From positions 7,846 through 71,845 of the forward strand of contig CAJMQU010000021.1 in the NCBI GenBank assembly GCA_905215555.1: 64,000 bases of DNA, given 5' to 3'. Source of the stretch: an uncultured bacterium. GTDB lineage: Bacteria > Bacteroidota > Bacteroidia > Bacteroidales > Bacteroidaceae. Shown here one piece after another: positions 49,231 through 61,446 of the stretch; position 1 is the first letter of the stretch, and every line of letters begins with the position of its first letter. The notes beneath the pieces were generated by a model, which saw only the letters and a program-made list of their open reading frames with translations, made no database searches and was not told where the DNA came from. The translations under genes and the position numbers were made by a program.

Positions 49231-51222
49231 ATGAAACAAGAAGAAGAGAAATTGACCGGTTTGCCGGAAAATGCATTCCGCGAACTGAAACCGGGCGAAG
49301 TCTACAACCCTTTGATGAGCCCCGACAAGAAGTATCCGGAAGTTAACCTCTGGTCTGTGTTGTGGGGTATTGCCATGGCTATCCTCTTTTCGGCTGCGGC
49401 AGCCTATCTGGGATTGAAAGTCGGTCAGGTGTTTGAAGCCGCCATCCCCATCGCAATCATTGCCGTAGGCGTGTCAGGCGCTGCCAAACGTAAGAATGCG
49501 TTAGGCGAAAATGTCATTATCCAATCCATCGGCGCCAGTTCCGGCGTCATCGTGGCAGGTGCCATCTTTACCCTGCCTGCCCTATATATTCTGCAAGAGA
49601 CATATCCGGAAGAAATCACAGTCACTTTTACCCAGGTATTCATCAGCTCATTGCTGGGAGGCGTATTGGGTATTCTCTTCCTCATCCCGTTCCGTAAATA
49701 CTTTGTCAGCGACATGCACGGCAAATATCCTTTCCCCGAAGCAACAGCCACCACGCAGGTGCTTGTATCGGGCGAAAAAGGCGGAAGCCAGGCAAAACCG
49801 TTGCTGATGGCAGGTATTATCGGTGGTTTATATGATTTCATTGTGGCAACATTCGGCTGGTGGAACGAGAACTTCACCACTCGTGTATGTGGTTTTGGCG
49901 AAATGCTGGCTGAAAAAGCGAAACTGGTGTTCAAGGTAAATACCGGTGCTGCCGTACTCGGTCTGGGCTACATCGTAGGCCTGAAGTATGCTTCTATCAT
50001 CTGTGCCGGCTCACTGGCCGTATGGTGGATTATCATTCCGGGCATGTCTATGATTTGGGGCGACAGCGTGCTGAACCAGTGGAATCCGGACATCGTAGCT
50101 ACCGTAGGCAGTATGGCTCCCGAAGATATATTCAACCACTATGCCAAGAGCATCGGTATCGGCGGTATCGCCATGGCAGGTATCATCGGTATCATCAAGT
50201 CATGGGGAATCATTAAAAGTGCCGTAGGACTGGCAGCTAAAGAAATGGGCGGAAAGTCCAATGTGGAAGCCAGTGTGAAGCGTACACAACGTGATATTTC
50301 CATGAAGATTATCGCTATCGGCTCTATTGTGACACTGCTGCTGGTGTTCCTGTTCTTCTACTTCGATGTCATGCAGGGAAATCTGTTGCATACGATTGTG
50401 GCTATCTTGCTTGTGGCAGGCATCAGCTTCTTATTTACAACAGTGGCTGCCAATGCGATTGCGATTGTCGGAACAAATCCTGTTTCGGGCATGACGCTTA
50501 TGACTCTGATTCTGGCATCGGTGGTGATGGTGGCAGTAGGCCTGAAAGGTACGGGAGGCATGGTGGCAGCTTTGGTAATGGGAGGCGTTGTTTGCACAGC
50601 ATTGTCAATGGCAGGCGGTTTCATCACCGACTTGAAAATTGGTTACTGGCTGGGAAGTACACCTGCCAAACAAGAAACATGGAAATTTCTCGGAACGATT
50701 GTTTCGGCTGCCACCGTAGGCGGTGTGATGATTATCCTGAACAAAACTTATGGCTTCACCAGTGGTGATCTGATCGCTCCGCAAGCAAATGCGATGGCAG
50801 CGGTGATCAAACCTTTGATGAGTGGCGTAGACGCTCCGTGGTTGCTATATGGTATCGGTGCCGTGCTTGCCATTATCCTGACTTTCTGCAAGATTCCGGC
50901 ATTGGCATTTGCGCTGGGCATGTTCATTCCGTTACAACTGAACGTTCCTCTGGTAGTGGGCGGCGCCATCAACTGGTATGTGACAAGCCGTAGCAAAGAT
51001 GCTGCCCTCAACGCAGAACGCGGTGAAAAGGGTACGCTGCTGGCTTCCGGTTTTATTGCCGGTGGTGCCCTGATGGGGGTAGTCAGTGCAGCAATACGCT
51101 TTGGCGGCATCAATCTGGTGAACGATTCCTGGGTAAACAACACCTGGTCCGAAGTGCTGGCATTAGGCGCTTACGCATTGCTGATAATCTACTTTATTAA
51201 GGCCTCAATGAAAACAAAATAA
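49231..51222 (+). CDS. OPT family oligopeptide transporter
   Basis: YLGLKVG, FPEATAT, NPVSGMT, DLKIGYWLG, APQA; many TM helices. Confidence 0.92.
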   Translation: MKQEEEKLTGLPENAFRELKPGEVYNPLMSPDKKYPEVNLWSVLWGIAMAILFSAAAAYLGLKVGQVFEAAIPIAIIAVGVSGAAKRKNALGENVIIQSIGASSGVIVAGAIFTLPALYILQETYPEEITVTFTQVFISSLLGGVLGILFLIPFRKYFVSDMHGKYPFPEATATTQVLVSGEKGGSQAKPLLMAGIIGGLYDFIVATFGWWNENFTTRVCGFGEMLAEKAKLVFKVNTGAAVLGLGYIVGLKYASIICAGSLAVWWIIIPGMSMIWGDSVLNQWNPDIVATVGSMAPEDIFNHYAKSIGIGGIAMAGIIGIIKSWGIIKSAVGLAAKEMGGKSNVEASVKRTQRDISMKIIAIGSIVTLLLVFLFFYFDVMQGNLLHTIVAILLVAGISFLFTTVAANAIAIVGTNPVSGMTLMTLILASVVMVAVGLKGTGGMVAALVMGGVVCTALSMAGGFITDLKIGYWLGSTPAKQETWKFLGTIVSAATVGGVMIILNKTYGFTSGDLIAPQANAMAAVIKPLMSGVDAPWLLYGIGAVLAIILTFCKIPALAFALGMFIPLQLNVPLVVGGAINWYVTSRSKDAALNAERGEKGTLLASGFIAGGALMGVVSAAIRFGGINLVNDSWVNNTWSEVLALGAYALLIIYFIKASMKTK

Positions 51223-51233
51223 GAAAGATAACA

Positions 51234-52103
51234 ATGAAAGTAATTCTATTTTTTACAGCTTTGTTTATGTCAGCACTACTATCTGCTCAAAAGCCCGTTG
51301 AGTTCCCCTTATGGCCCAACGGGGCTCCCAATACAAACGGCTTGACAGGTGACCAGGAAGATTTGGATGGCGGTCGCGTGGCAAACGTTGTCACCCCCAC
51401 TGTCACGGTCTATCGCCCGGCAAATCCCAACGGTATGACTATCCTTATGTGTCCGGGCGGCGGATATGCCCGCCTGGCTATGAACCATGAAGGTCACGAC
51501 ATGGCCTCCTGGTTCAACACACAGGGAATCACCTATGCCGTTCTGAAATATCGTATGCCGAACGGACACCGCGAGGTTCCCCTCTCCGATGCGGAGCAAG
51601 CCATCCGCATCATCCGCCGACACGCTAAAGAATGGGGCATCGACCCTAATCGTGTAGGCGTTATGGGAGCATCGGCAGGCGGTCATCTGGCGGCTTCACT
51701 CTCTACCCTTTACAGTAGTGACGAGACCCGTCCGGATTTCCAAATCCTGCTTTATCCCGTCATCTCCATGGTGCCGGGTATCACCCACGGAGGTTCCCGC
51801 CAGAACCTTCTCGGCAATAACCCGACGAAGGAACTGGAAGAGGCTTATTCGCTTGAACGCCGCGTATCGGCCCGTTCTCCACAAGCCTTCATCGTACTCT
51901 CTGCTGATGACGGAGCCGTACCTCCCATGAATAGCATCAGCTATTTTCTGGCCCTCAACGAACAGAAAGTCCCTGTGTCCATGCACGTCTACCCTATCGG
52001 CGGACATGGCTGGGGGTTCCGCGACAACTTCACTTACAAACGCCAGTGGACAGAAGAACTGGAAAAATGGCTGCGCGACGGAGTGAAATTCGAGAAGAAA
52101 TAA
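51234..52103 (+). CDS. Exported alpha/beta hydrolase (carbohydrate esterase-like)
   Basis: PGGGY, GASAGGHL nucleophile elbow, DDGAV, GGHGWG. Confidence 0.88.
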   Translation: MKVILFFTALFMSALLSAQKPVEFPLWPNGAPNTNGLTGDQEDLDGGRVANVVTPTVTVYRPANPNGMTILMCPGGGYARLAMNHEGHDMASWFNTQGITYAVLKYRMPNGHREVPLSDAEQAIRIIRRHAKEWGIDPNRVGVMGASAGGHLAASLSTLYSSDETRPDFQILLYPVISMVPGITHGGSRQNLLGNNPTKELEEAYSLERRVSARSPQAFIVLSADDGAVPPMNSISYFLALNEQKVPVSMHVYPIGGHGWGFRDNFTYKRQWTEELEKWLRDGVKFEKK

Positions 52104-52117
52104 AAAAAACACTATAG

Positions 52118-55336
<3,219 letters not shown>

Positions 55337-55365
55337 ATTTAATCTGTTCTATTTAAGGATTTATG

Positions 55366-55398
55366 AAAAGGATGTCGTACTTTTGCGGCATCCTTTTT
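55366..55398 (+). terminator. Terminator hairpin containing a TAnnTTTG motif
   Basis: AAAAGGATGTCG-TACTTTTG-CGGCATCCTTTT. Confidence 0.65.
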
Positions 55399-55423
55399 AT
55401 TTATATTAAAAAACGAAAGAACA

Positions 55424-56209
55424 ATGAAAACAATGATTACACTCCTGTTCAGTGCACTTTGTGTGGCTACAGTCGGCGCTCAGACAGATGACAAAGAGAA
55501 TGCCATGCTGAACAATGGAATAAAATTTCTGGATATTCCTTACGTAGCACACACGTTGGAAGTAACTGACGGTGAAGAAGAACTTATCATCAATTGCGAT
55601 GAAGTGGACTGCACTACTTTTGTAGAATATGCTCTCGCCATGGCCCTCTCTCCTACCGAAGACGGTCAGGTGGCCGAAGGTGACTTTGCCGATAAGCTTC
55701 AGATGATCCGTTATCGTGACGGAAAAATAAACGGTTACCCTTCCCGCTTGCACTATATTGCAGACTGGGTAAACAATGGAGTTCGTAATGGCTTTCTGGA
55801 AGATGTAAGCGCTTCTTACAGCCCGTACACACAAAAAGTTTCTCTTTCTTATATGTCTTCTCATCCGGAGTTGTATAAACAGTTGAGCAACTCTCCACAG
55901 AATGTAGCTAAAATGAAAGAGATTGAAAGCTCATTGTCCGGACAAGAATTCCATTATATCCCTAAAGACCAACTTCCATTCAACGGTCTGCCCTGGATTA
56001 AGAATGGTGATATTATTGCCATCACAACAAATACTCCGGGACTGGATGTAGCCCACATGGGTATCGCATTCTATGTAGATGGCAAACTCAGCCTGTTACA
56101 CGCTTCCTCCAAAGAAAAGAAAGTGGTAGTTTCCAAGGTTGCTCTGGGGCAGATGTTGCTAAGCAATGACAATTGGACAGGAATCCGGGTGTTGAGGATG
56201 AAGAAGTAA
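55424..56209 (+). CDS. DUF1460 family (AmiA-like, NlpC/P60-related) peptidoglycan amidase
   Basis: DCTTFVE catalytic Cys, RLHY, GLDVAHMG, LLHASS. Confidence 0.88.
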   Translation: MKTMITLLFSALCVATVGAQTDDKENAMLNNGIKFLDIPYVAHTLEVTDGEEELIINCDEVDCTTFVEYALAMALSPTEDGQVAEGDFADKLQMIRYRDGKINGYPSRLHYIADWVNNGVRNGFLEDVSASYSPYTQKVSLSYMSSHPELYKQLSNSPQNVAKMKEIESSLSGQEFHYIPKDQLPFNGLPWIKNGDIIAITTNTPGLDVAHMGIAFYVDGKLSLLHASSKEKKVVVSKVALGQMLLSNDNWTGIRVLRMKK

Positions 56210-56223
56210 AAATTGATATTCTT

Positions 56224-56276
56224 ATAAACTGAATGCGGGAGTTTCGATTTGTTCGAAACTCCCGCATTCAGTTTAT
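56224..56276. terminator. Perfect 24-bp hairpin between convergent genes (bidirectional terminator)
   Basis: ATAAACTGAATGCGGGAGTTTCGA-tttgt-TCGAAACTCCCGCATTCAGTTTAT. Confidence 0.8.
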
Positions 56277-56539
56277 GTAATCTTTTTACTCGGAAAACGC
56301 TGCATTTCCCGCAAACGTTTTTCTATTTTTTGCCATCGAAAAGTCGAAGCATCTAGCATTCTTATAGGCTCTGAGAAATTTATATCATCCCAATATGTAA
56401 TTGCTTTGCTGATGCGATGCCCCAACTGTAACGACAAAGAAGTCCCACCAACCAATACAAACTGCGCCATACGTTCGTCTTGCATCAACGATTTCAAGAG
56501 TTCCAGTGTTCCCAACGAGACTGTTTCCGTGTGTAACAT
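56273..56539 (-). pseudogene. AbiEii-type nucleotidyltransferase toxin with in-frame internal deletion
   Basis: LVGGTSLSLQLGHRIS joins directly to KAITYWDD; the following DxD motif and core are missing; only 88 aa. Confidence 0.8.
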
Positions 56540-56811
56540 TTCAAATCCTCCTTTTTTAAATCAAATACAGAACAAACAAACGACAAATCTTTAGGGTTCA
56601 ATGTCGGGATATCCATTATGGCTTCTTTGACTCCTTCCAAACCATACATATTTAATATCGCATAGAAATCATCCATACGTCCACGTTCTATGACACGCTG
56701 CACAACCAGTGTACGCATCTTTTCCCAATCCATACGAGATAAATCATATTCCCAAAATAAAGTGGGACGAAGTTGAGAATCTATATGTTGCTGATAGTTA
56801 TCGAAAAACAT
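56494..56811 (-). CDS. DUF6922-like putative antitoxin
   Basis: LFWEYD...VVQRVIERG...YG; overlaps the toxin start; TATCTTTG at 56833-56840 (minus strand). Confidence 0.75.
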   Translation of the reverse strand: MFFDNYQQHIDSQLRPTLFWEYDLSRMDWEKMRTLVVQRVIERGRMDDFYAILNMYGLEGVKEAIMDIPTLNPKDLSFVCSVFDLKKEDLKCYTRKQSRWEHWNS

Positions 56812-56972
56812 AAATATACAAATTTCTTTATGCAAAGATAACAAATTTCATTTAAAGTTCTATTCCTCTACAACAATATATTAATCAATATTCCGCGTTT
56901 CTTTGCTGAGATTCACGCCAACTTTCACCAATTATTCTCAGAATCCAGCATCTCGTGAAAACAAATATGTCC

Positions 56973-57047
56973 TTAAACAAAGAACAATGAATAGCCACCG
57001 GTGATGCCATTAATGCCATCCATGAAGTTATAAGCGTTGATTAATCC
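56973..57047 (-). pseudogene. Fragment of WecA/MraY-family polyprenyl-phosphate sugar-1-phosphate transferase
   Basis: Reads GLINAYNFMDGINGITGGYSLFFV*, containing the family motif NxxNxxDGxxG. Confidence 0.8.
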
Positions 57048-57252
57048 TTGAGAACAAAGCTCATTGGGTTTATCTATGATATTAAACTTATCAGCTACCC
57101 TAAAATAAAAAAAGTTCTGTCAAGAATGGAAAAAGCGATTTATTTTTCATTTATTTCATATTCTACTTTCACCTTTCACCATTATCTTGTACTTTTGTAT
57201 TTTTTTAAATATTGCAAATATCAGTTAATTAACAATCAACATATAAACTAAA

Positions 57253-57662
57253 ATGGAAAGTATAAAAAAAACGAAGAATCTAATGGTTCTAACGAGACAA
57301 ACAATACCTATCATATTGTAAAACAGAGAAATCTAAGTAGAAAAAGAGTGAGTGACGTCAGCTTTATTAAGGAAGAATGGCTGGCAGAACGAATATATTT
57401 CGGAATTAATACTTACATATATGTAGGTGTACTCAGAGCCTTCAAATTAGGGGCTTATAGAGGATTCGGAATCAAGACAATCAGCGATTTGGAAGCGCAT
57501 TTATTCGCAAGCGGAGATATATTAAAGCATGACAACAAAAGATATATTCCACTGAAATTAAGCAGTTTAAAGACAGAACTAAGAAAAGTGTGGGCAGTGA
57601 TAAAACTGGAAGATACGGAACACATAGATCCTTATGGATATGACGTGAAAATAAATTCATGA
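57253..57662 (+). CDS. AT-rich hypothetical protein, frameshifted at an A8 run (or starting at GTG 57348)
   Basis: ATG 57253 is out of frame with the open frame ending at 57662; one extra A at 57264-57271 joins them. Confidence 0.5.
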
Positions 57663-57716
57663 TAGTTCACTCAAAAAAAACAGGCGACCTTTGCACAAAA
57701 TTTAAAAAACAACGCA

Positions 57717-58346
57717 ATGGAAAACTTTTTTAGAATGTCGTTATTCATGCCCCCTATCTCACCAATAAAGGACAAAGCGACCGGAAGGACCCTGAAAAGC
57801 GCCACTCTGACCCCGCTACGCACAGTAGAACTCGGCGAAGTATATCAATTGGTCACTTCTAACGCGAAACTTGCCGCGCTCACCCTCGATGTACGCAACG
57901 CCGCACTGCGGGGTGACGACAAGACCTGCCGCCTCTTGAAGCAGCAGACACTGCCCTATGTGACTCCCTGTGGAGTCTTCACCCGCCGGCGGAGCGACTG
58001 CATAGAAGAACAGTCCGGACTAATGGTTGTGGACATCGACCACCTCGATTCCACCGAAGAGGCCGAAAAACTGCGCCAACAATTATTCGACGATCCTTAT
58101 CTGTGCCCGGCATTAGTATTCGTCAGTCCTACCGGACGCGGCGTGAAGGCCTTTGTGCCCTGCATCCCCGGACAAAACACTTCAGATGGAATCTACTGGG
58201 CCATGAACTATGTACACTGTATGTACGACACCGACCAGCAACAATCGGAAAAAGGAGTGGATACATCGGGAAAAGACCTCGTACGCTCCTGCTTCCTATG
58301 CCACGATCCGAAAGCGTTGATCAGAATCGCAAATCATAAATTATAA
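57717..58346 (+). CDS. BT4734/VirE N-terminal domain protein
   Basis: KQQTLPYVTPCGVF, VDIDHL, FVSPTGRGVK, DTSGKDLVRSCFLCHDP. Confidence 0.85.
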   Translation: MENFFRMSLFMPPISPIKDKATGRTLKSATLTPLRTVELGEVYQLVTSNAKLAALTLDVRNAALRGDDKTCRLLKQQTLPYVTPCGVFTRRRSDCIEEQSGLMVVDIDHLDSTEEAEKLRQQLFDDPYLCPALVFVSPTGRGVKAFVPCIPGQNTSDGIYWAMNYVHCMYDTDQQQSEKGVDTSGKDLVRSCFLCHDPKALIRIANHKL

Positions 58347-58358
58347 ATCATAAATCCA

Positions 58359-60158
58359 ATGGACGCACTATCATCATTGCATCTCCTGACCGAAGCCGTC
58401 AGAAATGCGAGAGCAGACATAGCTCCCACCTATCAAGAGTATATACAACTCGCTTTTGCCATCGCAAACGACTGCGGAGAGGCGGGCCGCCAAAATTTTC
58501 TCACCTTGTGCAGCCTGTCGTCAAAGTATGACCCGCAGGCAGCCGGAAAACTATTCAGCAATGCGCTGAAAAACGGACGTAACGACGTGCACATAGGCAG
58601 CGCCTTCCATCTGGCCGAGCTGTGCGGCGTCAAAATCCAATCCGAAATTCCATTCGACGTTGGTACACTTGGTACACAAGGTTCACCCTCTTCTTCCGCC
58701 TCACACACACGCGTGCGCGAAAAAGAAATAGGCGTATGTGAGGATGACACCACAACGGACAGTGACCCGATATCGCCCTTGCCAACTTTCGACAAACACA
58801 TAAAGTGGCCCTATCCACTGGAACGCATTCTGAAATGCGGCACCTCCCCCGCCCAAAAAGACGTCCTCCTGCTGGGAACAATCACAGTGCTGGGTGCCAG
58901 TATGGGACGGAACGTACAGTGTGCATACGGAGGCAAAATGAAGTCGCCCTGCTTGCAAAATTTTATCGTGGCACCATCCACATCGGGAAAAGGTGTACTA
59001 TCATTAGTACGCCTGCTGGTAACACCCATTCACGATGATATCCGAAAGCAGGTAGCCGAAAGCATGGAATCCTACCGGCGCGAAAAAGCAAAATACGAGG
59101 CCTTAGGCAAAGAACGGAATAAAGTCGAAGCTCCCATTATGCCGCCCAACAAGATGTTCATCATATCCGGAAACAATACAGGAACAGGCATCCTGCAAAA
59201 CCTGATAGATTCTGGCGGGACAGGCCTGATATGCGAAAACGAAGCCGACACCATATCCACCGCCATCGGATCGGAACACGGACACTGGAGCGACACCATG
59301 CGGAAGGCTTTCGACCACGACCAGTTATCCTACAACCGACGCACCGACCAGGAATACCGTGAAGTGCAAAAGAGTTATCTCTCCTTACTCCTGTCAGGCA
59401 CCCCCGAACAGGTGAAAACACTGATACCCACTGCCGAAAACGGACTGTTTTCAAGAGAGCTATTCTACTATATGCCCGGCATACACCAGTGGCAAGACCA
59501 GTTCGACCTCAACGACAACGATCTCGAAAAGACATTTACCGCACTGGGCTTGGAATGGAAAGAAAAACAGAAGACCATCGTCATGGGTGGAACTTTCACA
59601 CTACGTCTCACCCACGGACAGAAGAAAGAATTCAACCAACTGTTCTCCCAGCTGTTCATTCGCTCAGAACTGGCAAACGGTAGCGAAATGTCGAGCAGCG
59701 TGGCACGCCTGGCCATCAATATCTGCCGAATCATGGAGGTGGTGGCAATACTACGTGCATTGGAGCAAGGAGAGATAACCCGATCACCCTATGTATCACC
59801 CGATCCCACTATCAACCCCGACAATCTGAAAGACCATATCGTCACCCTGTGGGATCTTGCCATCACCCCCGATGATTTCCATGCCGTACTTTCGCTCGCC
59901 GAAAAACTCTACCGCCACGCCACCCACATCCTCTCTTTCCTTCCTGCCCCCCAAGTGACCAGACGGGGAAATGCCGACCGGGATGCACTGTTGCAATGTA
60001 TGGAAGATGAATTCAAACGGGCTGAATTCATGCAGAAAGCCGAAGAGATGGGCATCAAGCACGAAACCGCCTCCACTTGGCTGAAGCGCTTGCAGAAGCA
60101 CGGTTTGGTGGAAAGTGTAGACAGAAACGGCACTTATCGAAAACCGGGTGGACGGTAA
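58359..60158 (+). CDS. PriCT-2 + DUF3987 (primase C-terminal / helicase-like) protein
   Basis: N-terminal YQEYIQLAFAI...GEAGR...SSKYD; Walker A-like APSTSGKG, ENEAD, SGTP, NGLFSR; C-terminal winged-helix-like segment. Confidence 0.85.
   Translation: MDALSSLHLLTEAVRNARADIAPTYQEYIQLAFAIANDCGEAGRQNFLTLCSLSSKYDPQAAGKLFSNALKNGRNDVHIGSAFHLAELCGVKIQSEIPFDVGTLGTQGSPSSSASHTRVREKEIGVCEDDTTTDSDPISPLPTFDKHIKWPYPLERILKCGTSPAQKDVLLLGTITVLGASMGRNVQCAYGGKMKSPCLQNFIVAPSTSGKGVLSLVRLLVTPIHDDIRKQVAESMESYRREKAKYEALGKERNKVEAPIMPPNKMFIISGNNTGTGILQNLIDSGGTGLICENEADTISTAIGSEHGHWSDTMRKAFDHDQLSYNRRTDQEYREVQKSYLSLLLSGTPEQVKTLIPTAENGLFSRELFYYMPGIHQWQDQFDLNDNDLEKTFTALGLEWKEKQKTIVMGGTFTLRLTHGQKKEFNQLFSQLFIRSELANGSEMSSSVARLAINICRIMEVVAILRALEQGEITRSPYVSPDPTINPDNLKDHIVTLWDLAITPDDFHAVLSLAEKLYRHATHILSFLPAPQVTRRGNADRDALLQCMEDEFKRAEFMQKAEEMGIKHETASTWLKRLQKHGLVESVDRNGTYRKPGGR
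58659..58712. repeat. Left arm of long inverted repeat (inside DUF3987 gene)
   Basis: GTTGGTACACTTGGTACA...GTTCAC...CCTCACACACACGC. Confidence 0.85.
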
Positions 60159-60212
60159 AGAGTGGTAGTGGTGAGAGATTAGTGATGAAGATTTACAACT
60201 CTCTATACGTGT

Positions 60213-60265
60213 GCGTGTGTGTGAGGAAAAAGAGCCAAGTGAACATCTGTACCAAGTGTACCAAC
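60213..60265. repeat. Right arm of long inverted repeat (downstream of DUF3987 gene)
   Basis: GCGTGTGTGTGAGG...GTGAAC...TGTACCAAGTGTACCAAC. Confidence 0.85.
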
Positions 60266-60270
60266 CTCAC

Positions 60271-60354
60271 CATTGCCCAACCTCAACTTTGCATTGCCCG
60301 ACCTCAGCTCTGCATTGCCCAACCTCAGCTTTACGCCGCCAGACCTCAACTTTA
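60271..60354. repeat. Four tandem 21-bp repeats
   Basis: cattgcccaacctcaactttg / cattgcccgacctcagctctg / cattgcccaacctcagcttta / cgccgccagacctcaacttta. Confidence 0.9.
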
Positions 60355-60570
60355 AGGTTCCCCAAGTGCGCCTACTATCAGTCTCACTTGGGCAGGCGTA
60401 TAGGTGCGCGAACGAGAAGAAAGCCCCAAGGCAGCCAGGCCGTCACGCAAGCCGGGACAAAGGTCAATCCACTGTTTAAGTTTACGATAGGCAGAGTCGG
60501 GACAAAGTCCGGGGTTATAGAGAAGGGCAAGTTCAGTACGCCCATAGGTACGGATTTCAAAAGAGTTCAT
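60352..60570 (-). CDS. DUF4248 small protein
   Basis: YGRTELALLYNP...A..KL..WI...TPAQVRLIV..LGEP. Confidence 0.88.
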   Translation of the reverse strand: MNSFEIRTYGRTELALLYNPGLCPDSAYRKLKQWIDLCPGLRDGLAALGLSSRSRTYTPAQVRLIVGALGEP

Positions 60571-60789
60571 ATCTGATATTTATGTGTTTTTAGTTCTACA
60601 AATGTAGCTAAAAATCAAGACATAATCAAGTATACGGCTACAAATAACAGGCTAAAAACGACTATAACCGACCAAAACCCTCCGAAAGCGGAAAACGCCC
60701 ATATACTCTGTATTACCTTTGCATCGTTGAGTTCAACACAGTGAATCTTTAATCTTTTAATTATTAATCTTTAATTTGTTTATTAATCC

Positions 60790-61272
60790 ATGATTCGTTA
60801 CAAAAAGTATCAAGTGACGGGCGAGAACAGCCCGCTGAAAGGTCTCTGGTATGCACGTCCTGTGATTGAAGAGACTTTCGACATCGAGAGGCTTGCCAAA
60901 CACATGTCCAACCACAACACCCCCTACTCAAGTGGTGTCATCAAGGGAGTGCTGACAGACATGGTTTCCTGTACCAAGGAACTGGTTTTGGACGGCAAGA
61001 ATGTAAAAATGGACGACCTGGCAATCTTCTCCGTAGGAATCGTCAGCAAAGGAGGCGCACAGTCTGCCGCCGACTTCTCACTGGCCAATAATGTAAAGGG
61101 GTTGAAACTCCGCGCCCGTGCCACAGGTGAGCTGAGCAATGCCCAGATTAACCTGGAAGGACAGTTGAAAGAGTCTTCCATGTACACCGTGGACAGCAGT
61201 GCGTCCGGCAACACACCCGGAGGCGGTTCAGGGGGAAACCAAGGCGGGGTGGATGAAAATCCGCTGGGATAG
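60790..61272 (+). CDS. Bacteroides HU-like DNA-binding protein
   Basis: WYAR, LAKHM, DGKNVKMDDLAIFSVG; Gly-rich tail ending ENPLG; TACCTTTG at 60714. Confidence 0.88.
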   Translation: MIRYKKYQVTGENSPLKGLWYARPVIEETFDIERLAKHMSNHNTPYSSGVIKGVLTDMVSCTKELVLDGKNVKMDDLAIFSVGIVSKGGAQSAADFSLANNVKGLKLRARATGELSNAQINLEGQLKESSMYTVDSSASGNTPGGGSGGNQGGVDENPLG

Positions 61273-61336
61273 AATCCAACGCTTTCACTTTCCTATTTTT
61301 AATTTTTAATTCCTAATTTCTAATTCTCAACCTGCC

Positions 61337-61444
61337 ATGAATGAAGAAAAAAAGTCAAAATCAGTATGGGGCATTGTCCTCAAAGTAATCATCACCGTAG
61401 CCACCGCTATTGCGGGAGCCTTAGGATTGGGAGCTTGCCGATAG
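61337..61444 (+). CDS. Smalltalk-like 35-aa membrane peptide
   Basis: MNEEKKSKSVWGIVLKVIITVATAIAGALGLGACR*; absent from the ORF track; between HU-like and amidase genes. Confidence 0.8.
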   Translation: MNEEKKSKSVWGIVLKVIITVATAIAGALGLGACR

Positions 61445-61446
61445 GT

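Noticed and set aside
56224..56276. Perfect 24-bp hairpin as a transposon end or att site
   Set aside because: No second copy or transposase seen; position between convergent genes fits a bidirectional terminator.
60211..60576. ORFs with repeating peptides (CIAQPQL, HCPTSAL)
   Set aside because: Read-through of the 21-bp DNA repeats in several frames, overlapping DUF4248 antisense; no sign of real coding.
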